Positions 37,801 to 48,900 of a stretch of DNA of 64,000 bases are shown here, one piece after another. Both the position numbers and the translations under genes were made by a program. Within the stretch, counting starts at the first letter, position 1, and every line of letters begins with the position of its first letter. Where the stretch lies: NCBI GenBank assembly GCA_963924565.1, contig OZ004607.1, positions 29,760,001 through 29,824,000 on the forward strand. Direction: 5' to 3'. The DNA is from Ascidiella aspersa. Taxonomy: Eukaryota. The notes beneath the pieces were generated by a model. The model did not search any database and was not told the origin of the DNA. It saw only the letters and a program-made list of their open reading frames with translations.

Positions 37801-38742
37801 CAATTTCAGAGAAACCTTAACCATGTGAGCCGCTGCAGTCGGCGACAGCAAAATCAAACGGCATGGAAAACACTACTGTAAATCATAACAAGCCAATCTA
37901 TTCGACGTATTCCACAGTTGTCTGCAGCCGTCATACGAACACGGATCCCAAGTGGAACTCACACTGCCATCGCAGCCCCAGTACTGCCAACCACCCAGCA
38001 CAGCCCACACCGACGATGACCAGTCGGCATTTCAGCATCCTGCCGCGGTGGGTTCGCTTTTTATAGTTGTTTAATTTAATTTTGTTATTTTAATTTTGTT
38101 ATTTTTATTGAATCGGATCTATAGGGGTCTTTTTTTTCTTTAGCCTTGTCGGTATCATTCACCCTGAAAAAAAGGCGACTAATAAAGATAAACGGAACGT
38201 TGGATAATAAGTATAGTTTGCAGGGAAGCTCTTTTTTAATTATTTTTTTGTGTTTTTTGGATGAGAACTAAAGGCGTGTGTTTTTTATCCAGTTAGTCGA
38301 AACAGTGCTGTATACCGCAATTTGTATGTAAATTATGACGTCGAGTTTAATAAGAAAGTGACTTTTGGCGAAATAACCTAAAAATGTAAAAGTAATAACG
38401 CATTGGTTCCGTTGCAATAATTGTTTTGCTGTACTACAAAATACATTTTGCCAAGTTTGTATTAAACATTTTCGAGCGTATGCTAATAATGGCCTTATAG
38501 TTTGCATAATTCCTCGACCCAGGCGATTTAAAGAAATTGTATACTCGTGCCAAATCTGAGATTTCGTATTTTCAAATAATGTTGCACTTTGTTTTGCAAC
38601 TCGTGTTCATAGAAAATTAGGAAACTTACTGCTTCTTGATAGTTGTACTCAACCCTGTCCACCTTGTGTTTAGCAAGCGTCCGCTGGGCACATGGACGAT
38701 CCGCAAACGACACTACATCTCACGTGGCAATGGCAATTGTAA
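25839..38742 (+). CDS. PRDM10: PR/SET-domain C2H2 zinc-finger protein, PRDM10-like, 18 coding exons
   Basis: Exons 25839-25944, 26492-26625, 26804-26860, 26955-27098, 27259-27335, 27817-27958, 28901-28972, 29290-29402, 30649-30791, 31274-31422, 32790-32985, 33729-33871, 34381-34459, 34556-34659, 35467-35619, 36261-36449, 37928-38047, 38674-38742. PR domain (RTQFGP; CNWMSLVNPA..EEQ..; IEPRQELKVWY). Fingers with PRDM10-like strings CGKRFKRKDKLKEHLKRMH and FRRRGMLVNHLLKKHP..IPEL. Q/H/P-rich tail. The last exon is less certain. Confidence 0.88.
26121..26467. mobile_element. MITE, tagggatgtccga family (related copies ~28490-28883, ~31660-32002, ~33055-33365, more distantly ~34900-35145)
   Basis: Termini tagggtatgtctga / tcggacatcccta; shared gatcggagccgatac-type subterminal motifs. 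Confidence 0.65.
29021..29256. mobile_element. hAT-type MITE in PRDM10 intron 7
   Basis: TIR cagggcta(ta)ctcaact / agttgagtagctctg; TSD degenerate. Confidence 0.65.
29589..30365. mobile_element. hAT MITE (tagggcga family) with TTTTGAC repeats
   Basis: TIR tagggcgaatattttttgac / gtcaaaaaatattcgcccta; perfect TSD atgatcac. Confidence 0.9.
32376..32748. mobile_element. Uninterrupted copy of the GACTT-repeat hAT MITE (partial copies ~13690-13819 and ~20230-20470)
   Basis: cagtgttgt...tacaacactg termini and multiple (t)gactt subterminal motifs, as in the shell of 14989-18709. Confidence 0.7.
35428..35470 (+). repeat. 22-nt tandem duplication of a 3' splice site in PRDM10
   Basis: ttttctcttttttacagatcg occurs twice; AG at 35443-44 and 35465-66. 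Confidence 0.85.
37166..37470. repeat. Long inverted repeat / foldback MITE in PRDM10 intron 16
   Basis: ~65-bp arms (37166-37230 and 37406-37470: aatcaggtggcactgtataaagac...cacaaccgtgc) with one mismatch, ~175-nt spacer. Confidence 0.85.
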
Positions 38743-38805
38743 CGTCTTCCGTCCTACTTATAAACGTGATCAAAACAGGTTGGTGTACCTCTCGAGAGTC
38801 TAGAG

Positions 38806-39554
38806 CAGGGGTCGGCAACCTACGGCCCCCCGGCCCGCCGATGTAATTCATCCGGCCCGCCGCCCCTTTGACAAATTAGACACGTCTATTGCACAAACTT
38901 TTTGTCCATTTTAACCACGTAATTGCGAAAAATTTTCGCGCTACGCGCGAATGTTGATTCTACGCCCGGTTTGTTTACGTTTTGATGCTGCCTTTTCAGC
39001 TAGATCAGCGATTCTTGTCCGTTGGAAGGCTGCCAAGTGCGTCGCGCAAAAACGGAAAACATATTAAAAAATATTGGACGTATATTTTTTAACATTTTTT
39101 TTATTTTTCATTTCGGCAATGTAATAAAAACTTGCAAGAAATTGAAAGAAATACCACTATACCCAAAAAAATCGCGCTTGCTTCGCTCGCCAGGTGCCGC
39201 CTTGACTTAAATCGATTAACAAACACTGAGCTAGATTAACTTTAGATGTTCTCGCGTTCCCTTAAAGGATTTTTGTTACACTTTTCGCTAGTAGTTTGGA
39301 TGACGAACGACAACGTGCGAACTCGAATTTTAAACCAAACAAACTCTTTTTTTTACGCTTTGCGTCAACACTTTACTGCCTCTGTAAATGTAATTAAATA
39401 CGTTTTTAAGTGCAAAAAATATCCGAGACCCGTCTGATTCACAGTTGTTTTAACATTTCAATCAAACAATTCTTAGTTATCATTTTGTGTGGCCCGCAAA
39501 GACCTTTCTGGGTTTGGTTTTGGCCCGCGACTAGAAAAAGGTTGCCGACCCCTG
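38806..39554. mobile_element. hAT (Buster/Charlie-like) MITE in the PRDM10 3' region
   Basis: TIR caggggtcggcaacc / ggttgccgacccctg; perfect TSD gtctagag; diverged 5'-truncated copy at ~17420-18120. Confidence 0.92.
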
Positions 39555-42500
39555 GTCTAGAGTCTACTCTAGACCATCAGCAAATAAAACCACTGTTTAA
39601 ATGCCTACATGACTTGTTTATTTGACTGTCCCGCAATTTGCCCGATGTTCATAACTATAAGCATAGAAAATTATATAGGGTGTATTCGGGCGCCCGCCCT
39701 TTTTGGTGGGAATTTCCACGATTTTAATTTACAGTACAGAAAATTATATTTATTTGTATTTTTCTAGTTTGTATTCGCTTTTTGAACTTCGTTATAAACG
39801 CTTGCCATAGTATACAATCAGCAAACACTGTTTTATCTAAAACGTTTTTTAGCTTAAAATACAGAATTGGATTATATATTTATTTAAATACAGTCGCACT
39901 CTCGATTTTTCTATACCGGGTTTAATCTACAAGATTGCCACATTTATTCAAAACAATGGCTTTTTGGATGTAATTGTAAGGGTATGTAACCCATTTGGTT
40001 GTACAGAGAAGAAATATCCCTTTTAAAGGGAGCATGGTACGTCAACGGTTATTCGCTAACAGAAGAAGTGTTCGTGTTGTGTTTTCCATTGCAATATCAC
40101 AAATCCAAAAAAATGAGCTTAAAAAAGCTGAACGTTATTGTATACGCGAAATTTGCGCTTCGCTCAACGTGTGGGTAGAAACTCGTCATTCGAATTGGTC
40201 GACCCCTTAAACCAAAAAAATCACTATTTGACTACAATTTCGATTGCCAGAACAGACGTTGTTCTACCACTGTCACGTTGCGTTAAACTACAAGAGCGGC
40301 GGAATGGGGCGCCGCCTAAAACGGGCGTCAATCAGCATAAAGCCGTCGGTCCTTCAAACCCTAATATCGACGTTTAAGACAGATAATTAGTAAAGACGGA
40401 AATAATAAACAGAGCATACGTCTTAGGTCGCCCGTCCTCCGAGGTTTGCATATTACATGAAGGGAGGGCCTCGTAAGGTCTCCTGGCAATGGCAGCAATA
40501 ACCGTAAGCGAGTGATGGGCGATTTTCGGTCGTACGGTTCTTCAATTCTCGGTGGAGTCGAGTATTGTTTGTGATCTTGGTCGTGATTAGTTGCCACGAA
40601 AGCGCTTAACCCATTGGACGCTCGTTCGAGGCAAGTCCTGTTTGGGCTTCGACATAATGATTTGAGTTTACACGCAATGTTCGCCCTAAGTTGCACAGAC
40701 CAATTGCACAGTACAATTTGCATCTCGCGCACTTAATTGCAAAATTCCATGTTTGAAACTAAAATCCGCATATTGTGATACAAATTCAGCAACAAACTCA
40801 GACAAACTGTTTGAACATTGAAAAAGCACATAAACCAGGAGAAGCTATGTAAAACAAATATATTCTTTGTTTTCTATTGGTAAAATTTCGTAATGATTAC
40901 CATACTACAAGTTTGTCTTTTTAAGGCTTCTGCTAAATTCGCCTTTTAATTTCACACTCAAGCAAACCTTTGTTGGTTAAACCTGAGAGAAATAGTAGGC
41001 TAAACTGAAAAACATATTTTAGTCGGTTAGACTGATGACACAGTTATTTGTCAATCGCAGTAAACGTTTGTTTTATCCACACCAAGGCAGTTGCATAGGC
41101 CGAATTCGGGTATTGATTTGAACGTTCATTTTAATTTTCTTGATGTTTGGCATTCCACACTAGACATAATAAAGACCAATTTTGTTCTCGTTGTCTCACA
41201 TAAAACTGTTTGTTTTTTCATGGCAATTCAATAATTTTCAATGCAAACCCGTCTGGCCAGTTTCGTTAAAGTTCTTACTTCTCACTGGAAAAAAAGTTTG
41301 CTTAATCCTTTATAAAAAAAATATGTGCTCTTAAAAGTTATAAAATTTGCCTTATTAAACTCGTTAAAAAATATTAATCCAATTTTTTGGGTTGTATTGA
41401 ACACGTTGGAATCCCTCTTAAACAACATAAAATATGACTTTATTGTAGTAGTAGTGCACCCTTTATTGTCGTGTATCGGGAATTTATCAGCACTACTTTT
41501 TAGACCTACTGTTTGCCACAATCGCAAAAGTTCATATGTTTTCTAACATCCCAACTTCTATGTACGTGACTCATAAAAAGCTTAGAGGACTAGCGCTATG
41601 TTACATAGTCGTGTTCCTGCATGCTAAACCTCTGACAGAAGGACTGACTCACTAAGTTATCCGCTTTTTATCGCTTCGAATTGATTATGTGTAGCGACCT
41701 GTATTTGAATGCTGGGAGACAGAATCGATACCCTGTTCCTTGAGTGACATATCCCGTCGATTATGAGGCTGCTATTGAGTGCAATCGTAATCTTTTGTTT
41801 GCGCTATAGATCAGTAGCAACGCAACTTACATTCAACTTTGCATAATTAATGAATAAATATTCCACAAAACGTTAACATTAATGTGGCCGATTTAGTGTT
41901 GCCGATATGCTGTTATCATTTATTTCCTGCAACTGTCTCCTTTTTGAAAGCAGTTTTGCCCTTTTACCAGCCTTCGAGATTCAATATTTAGAAGTTTATT
42001 GTCTGTGGAAGATTCAGGGTTGCCGTCCACAAATACGCCTTTCACTATAGACGTGTACGAGTTAGACAATAAGATGAACAAAGTATAGGCTCGAAGTTAA
42101 GCAAAAATAAACAACAAAAATTATTAAACTCATTATTCAATAAAATGCTGTAAAAAAGCGGTGCACCGCAGTTATTATCAACGTCGGTACTTAAATTGGG
42201 CTTGAAAAAAAATAGCTTTAAGAACACGCTAAAAGTACATGGATTGTTATACCAAGAGTAACCGAAGTATGGCCCGCTTTAAACAAAACGACAATTTTAT
42301 TAAGCTCACAATATAATTTGATAAAGATTTTTTCACGTTTTCTTCGATTTTAACAATTAGGTCAATTTGGGTTAATACAAAAATGAATTCGTTAGTCCTT
42401 ACAGTAATGCTAATGCCCAACAAAGACACAACATTTCAGATATTATCGATGGAATGAAATAGAAAATATACCTTACGAAAGTCGCAATATGTTTAAAACT

Positions 42501-42675
42501 TTGCGTGAATTTTAATAACCTCCTCATAAGACTCGAAAGCTGGTCGAACAACCATTGCTTTAAAGCCATAAAACCAACGAAGACTCAATACAACGATGTA
42601 AAAGCGAACAGGGCAAGTGTAAATTTCCGTAAAAAAAAATATAGTGCTCGCCCGGCCCTCAACAACACGCTACAC

Positions 42676-42934
42676 CAGTGATTCCCAAACAGTGTGCCGA
42701 GGCACATAGTCAAGTGTGCCGCGAAACTTTTTGTAAATTCAGAAACCAAATAGGCATACACGCAAACATTTTAGACTTAAATACGCACTAAAATGTTGAG
42801 ACATTTACACATAGTTTGTCGTGTGATAAGGGCGATTGTAAAATAACTCTATTGTTGTTCTGTTAAAAGTCTGCGGCAAAAAGTTTAAGATTTTTGTTAG
42901 TGTGCCGCAAGCCAAAAAAGTTTGGGAACCACTG
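42676..42934. mobile_element. hAT MITE (gtgccgc family) in the ZIP 3' region
   Basis: TIR cagtgattcccaaac / gtttgggaaccactg; perfect TSD cgctacac. Confidence 0.9.
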
Positions 42935-42994
42935 CGCTACACATTCAGTAAGCAAAAAGGGTCAGGATAAAGTCGATCCAAGATGCTCTTCTTG

Positions 42995-45890
42995 TTACTC
43001 CTCCTCTTCTTCTTCATGAGGAAGAGCCTGGACGGCCGCCATGGCCGCGAATCCGAGCAGGAGGCAGACGGTGTTGGCCATTTTGCTCTTGTCGTGTCTG
43101 TCTCCGAACTCGTGCGGCAGGATCTCGATGAAGATCACGTAGACGAAAGTTCCGGATGCAAACGCCTGGAAAATATTGCGGATTTTTGCACGTTTTTTTC
43201 TATATTTGCTTTTGATTTTAAGTTTTAGAAAAGTGCGGTCTTAAGTTATGCGGTTTAGGTTCAACAACTAGGTGAAGCCCAAAAAGGGACAAAGCAGTTT
43301 TAAATTACCCTTACAAGCTAACTTGATATTTAAAAACTTTTTCGCACATTTAAAAAGGAAATCCTAATGGCCACAGATTCGTACAATTTCGAACCAAAAT
43401 GTAAGCTAAATCTTATCTGAAAACAGGCTTCTTTTAAGCTATAGTGTCATAACGACTTTACAGTTCGTTAAGTTTCCGCGATGTTTAACAAAGATGTACG
43501 AGCTTCATTGGGCAGCACAGTGCTACAAAGTACAAAAGCTGATTTGTTACCAACATATCGTCATTAAAACGTACCACTCGACTTGCAGTCTTATACAAAA
43601 AAGGTCTACTGCCGAAGAGGTGATAACTGTACAGTACGTTTAAATTCACCTAATTATAGTTTACCTGTAATACGGCCACCAGCTGTTCAACCAGCACACC
43701 CGCGTCCTGAATCGACGTGAGCCCAATACCAACAGCAATTCCGATCGGCGCCATTACTGAGAATATCATCATCGACGTCAACACAATGCGAACAGTCGCC
43801 CTGTAATTTTTTTAATTTAAATCATTTTTGTTGATTTAATCCAGGGGTCTCAAACTACAGCCCACCGGCCAAATCCGGCCAGCCGGTTTTATACTTTTAT
43901 CCCGCGGCATATTTTCCTAATGATCCCAAAATACTTTCATTAACAGTTGATTTACGGAAAATTTTGTCGAATGTTAATATTGTTTTACTTTAAATGGATT
44001 ACAGTAAACATTTTTAATGTATTATTTTAATAATAATCAAATCAAGTAAGTTTGAAACAAACTGTTATGTCCGACACGAGATATTTAATCGTTACCGTAA
44101 TCCAGCCCTTTATGAAAAAAGTTTGGTGACCCATGATTAAATCAATCATCGTTGGTTAATCAAGACATTTCACAAAACTATGCGTCTCCTCGCATAATCT
44201 GCATGACAGCTTAACTTTGTAACGCTTATCAATATTATTTCGAATTGCAATAAAAATTGCATATAAATAAAAAAAATACACGACTCGGCCACCCAATACA
44301 ACAGTTAAGCATTTGTTTGTTGCATATTGCTAATACCATTTGCTAATACGTAAACTCGTTTAGACTATTTTAAAAATATTCTCTTAATCTTTTAATTCGG
44401 CGATTTTATACAAACTCCACAAAGTATGGGGTTAGACAAAGAATTTGCATACTGATGCACGTATGGTGAAACGCGATGACGCGGACTGTCATTCTAAATC
44501 TTCCACAGACAATAAAATCCTAAATATAAATCTTTGAATTTCGCGTGAAAGTCCAGACTGACTGCCTTTAACAGCAGAATATTTCAGGATAAGTTTCGTT
44601 GGCAGCAATCATGAATAATTAGGCGAATTAAAAGTTGTTACATGTTGTATCAACTAGGCGCAACCTTTATTGTTTTAACTGTCAACCCATGGCCATATTT
44701 TCCTGCTCTGCGGTATGGCATAAAATTAAATGACAAAACCCCAACCCTTCAAACTTTTCTATCGATTTGTTTCATCTCGGTGAACCCCCGTTGTTTTTCA
44801 CCACAGAACAAAACCTATACTCGATCGCACCGGTCTCGTATTTTCGCCAACCGACTGTTTATTGACTCTGAGGTCGGAAATCAATAGAAGTGATAACGTC
44901 GCTCAAGTGAGCGAACACGGGCAAAAGTATCGATTGCTGGCGCAAATGATGCCTTAATGGCGACTGATAAGGCCATTGATCCTGTATATGTCTTTGTGGG
45001 TTTGCCTTAATTGCCAAGATTGACTTTCGAAATACGAGCCCCAAAGTCGATAGGTGGCCGAAATACGGATGTATTTTTCCATAAGCATGTAAAACTTTGA
45101 CCACAATCATTAGGAATTTAAAAAAATTGTTTTTTAGACTTCAAAAAGTGGTTGTGACATATTACTGTTTTTTACCAAAGTTAAGGATTTTTTTCTATAA
45201 TAATGTACCAATTCGGAGCGATTGGAATCGTTTTTAAGCGAACGTTGTCTGATTATATTCCAAACAATTATTTTAGAATTTTAGTCACAGCGTTGGCAAC
45301 GTTATTTAAAAAGATTTAAGGAAGCTGGTTAGCTAACACGCTATTTGTTAGTGTTGAATTTGAAACCAAAATTAGTTCGTTTTTGTAAAAAAGAAATAGT
45401 GAGTGCCCAAGTCTAATATAATTAATAAAAATTTAACCGATTTATATCGACTCCCATTTATATCGATTCTTTTGCATTTTTGCCAAAAAGCTATTTTGCA
45501 ATAGCACTAAATGCAATGCTTTCTAAGCAATAACTGAATAGCTTCAGTTTAATAAATCATTTTAATAACGCATTGAGTTATTCTCATATCATTTTATTTG
45601 CTGCAAGGCGTCACGACTTGGAAAAAGTTTAATTAACGTTCCAATTAAAAAGTTAAAAATTTACGACAACGCTTTCGTTTTTTTTCTGGTAAACAGACCG
45701 ATACTAATCGGACTTCAATGATTGAAGTTTACAAAGTCCATTTAAAAGATCCAAAGGCTTTCAAATTCTGCACTTCTAGACGTATGAAAGGTCTATAAAA
45801 CGTTTGCTGCCGCGATTGTAATTAAAGTTGGCATTTTATTCGACATCAGCTTTACATTTCAATTTCGCATTTTTTTTTTTTTTTTCATTT

Positions 45891-45925
<35 letters not shown>

Positions 45926-48900
45926 TAATAAATATCGGCTTAGTTTTGCAAAAAAATAGTTCAAGTCGGTCTAACAATCGACTGTCTTTGACAAAAAGAG
46001 TCCTTAAGCTTGTCAATACTTTTAAAAGGTTCCATGACAAATCCGCAATTAGGACTGAAACACTTTCGGGAGTGAGGATTCTACCGCAGAAAATAATATA
46101 TAAAAGAAAGATTCTTGTTTTCGTATCAAATGACGTTAAGACTGTTTGTAAAATGCCTATAGGCGAAATATATATTTCTGTGAAATTTTAAGAAATGATT
46201 TTATGTTTTGTACTTATGTGTACAAACAGTCTTAACGTCGTTAGAAAGCACCGAGTCCAGTTATACAATTAATCACCCGAAATTAAGGTCTTTAGTGAAA
46301 ACTGCTCAAACCACAAAAAACTAATACACCTATATTTGCCCACTTGTTTTGTTTTTTTAAGTCAATAGTTTTGCTTGTTTTATTGAACTTCATAATATTT
46401 GTTTCTTTGTTGTATGTGACTAATTATCCAAAATAAAACTAAAAAAGAAGTAAGCGAAAAGACCAAAAGTTTTGACATTTTAGTAAATTTCATTCATTAG
46501 TAGGCCTACAGCATTATTTTACAGATACTTTATCCGAACGGACTTCGTTATTATTTGCCTCGTGATAAGATTACAGTTGTTTGTACATTTGAAACTACTA
46601 AAATTATTTCATTGTCCTGGAGTTGTTAAACAAAGTATAGGTTTCTCTCTTTAGATGGAAGATTTCAGTTCTGTAGCTATAATATTCTTTAAAATGCCTG
46701 CTTTTAAGCCAAAAGTACAAGCTCGCATGATATTGACTACTCTAGGAGTAATATTAAGATAAGATTCATAAAGGTACACCTTAATTCAAATAAATTCACT
46801 CACTTGTTTGTGACAAGGCTCATGCCGTAGCTGAAGGCGAGCGTCATCTTGTGTACAAGGACGGCCGCAACCAGAGTGCGCAGCGCCGCCTTCTTGTTCT
46901 GCAGTCCGATGGCCAGTCCCTCAAAGAGCGCGTGGGATGAAAGAGCAAGGAGGAGCACGAGCGCTCTCACGGAGGAGTGGGCTCCCGGATCATCATGTAC
47001 GTGATCTCCGTGATGATGGTGGTGATGATGATGGTGTTCATCTTCGTCTCCGCCGTCGACTGTAAAGCTGGTCGCGCCGTCCACGATGGATACCTCGATT
47101 TCTTCGGTTTCGACCGACCGCTGCGCAACGCACATTTTCACGCCGCCGTTTGAATCGCGCTCGCCACCAGCGCCAGTTTCTTCGTCTCGTGCGGTGACTG
47201 AATGCTGAAGCGTGTTGTAGTTGTTGTTGTTGACTAGCTCCAGTGAGCCGAGCAACATCGACTGGTGATCGGTGCTGTACAGCGTCGCGTGCGCGTTCTC
47301 GACTGTGTTTTATAGAGAGGATTAGATTTGTTGTTTAATATATTTTTTGTGACTTTATTTAGCATTTACTCACATATACGTTTTACTATAATAAGGTTTA
47401 GTTTCCTGGCGAATGGCGATATAATGCCCATCCTTGCCATTACATTTTACCTTGCGTCGTTTTTAAATATCGGCATGGATTAGATTTCGTACTAAAGTTG
47501 TTCACAGGGTATTAAATATATTTTTCGATTTTATCCCTTGATGTATTTAAGCTCTGGACAGACTAATCCAATCAGTCGATCAATGATGCAAGCAATGCAG
47601 GCTAGAACGACAACCAGCCTGCGGTGAGCTTCGAACTCGGGACGGTCACTCTACCAACTGAGCTACACAGGCAGTATTGATGTTTGGAACTTGTTTAAAA
47701 AGTTTTGCTAAACATTAATAAGACAAAATACCTCTCCATACTATGCAACGACGGACATTTTCTTAAACAAATTCATTCAAGGCTGTTGCTACAAGGCTGA
47801 GCCCAAAGCTAGTTAATAATTGAAGTATAAGTACTGTTAAAACTTTTATTTTTTAAACTACGTAAGTTTGAATTCAAAACAAAATAAATCGAAACTGTTG
47901 CTATTCGGTTTTCTATAAAAAAAAAATGATCCTACTTGATTGACGATTGGTGCAATTAATAGATTTCTCCGAGTCAATCGAAAGTGTCCCGGCAAATTTC
48001 TATTTGTGCTAGGAATGGTAGCAAGTACTTTTTCATTACGTTATATTATTGGCAAAAAGTGCTACTTTCGGATCCCACGCTTTTATTTGTTTATGGAATT
48101 TAATAACGTTTACAGCAAAACAGGTTAAGGTGATGGTAATCCTTAATAAATTCAGATTTTTCTTTATTAGGAATCCTGCGGCTATAGGTTTCATTAACTT
48201 TGTCAGCTAGCCTAATTTGAACAAACCTAGCCAATTGTACTTGTAATTAATTTGTGGAACACCAGTAGGCACGTGCTAATCGCATTGTTTTACGGCTCTC
48301 ATACAATATAACCATACAACACATATCCTGCTATATATACAGAATTGCTACAGTATTTTAAAAAGTTTGAATTAGTTTGCACATTGAAAAGTTATTGAAA
48401 ACCCCTACATTTAAAAAAAAGTATAATTAAATTTATAAGCACGATAAAAAAATACTTATGTTTGTTTTAACCCCTATATGTTTGGTTTAAAGTCTTCGAA
48501 TTGTTTTATGTGTAACCTAAATTACCTGTTAAAAACTTACGTCGTAAAAAATATTAGTTATCGTATTCACATTATTTATCCAAGCGATCGAATTTGAGGT
48601 CTTGGAAAAAACGTTTTTAAACTTATCCTAACAAATAGCCTACATACACATGCTTAAAATACTAAATTACGGACGACAATCCCTCCTTACTTGTGCGGCT
48701 CCCGAGCTCCGTCCTTCTCTTCTTTCCGCATCCGTGCCACATGATCACCAGCTGCTCGACCAGCATGACGAAGAAAAATCCGGTGGAGAGGATCAGCTCG
48801 GCGTAAGGGTAAGAAAGCTCGGGCCCGAACACCTCATTCACTTGCTCCTGCGCCTAGGAAACCGGTCAGAGTTTTATCCTTTACTTTGATTCAGTGCTAC

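Noticed and set aside
37863-38066. ORF MENTTVNH... as a separate gene or PRDM10 frame
   Set aside because: Alternative-frame shadow of PRDM10 exon 17, which reads PSYEHGSQVELTLPSQPQ in phase with its neighbours.
39995-40732. Cluster of short ORFs in a CpG-rich block between PRDM10 and ZIP
   Set aside because: No domain similarity or coherent exon chain; probably repeat-derived or regulatory DNA.
47617-47672. Possible tRNA gene
   Set aside because: Only 56 nt with no anticodon arm; it has a homologous degenerate copy, so it is better explained as a SINE.
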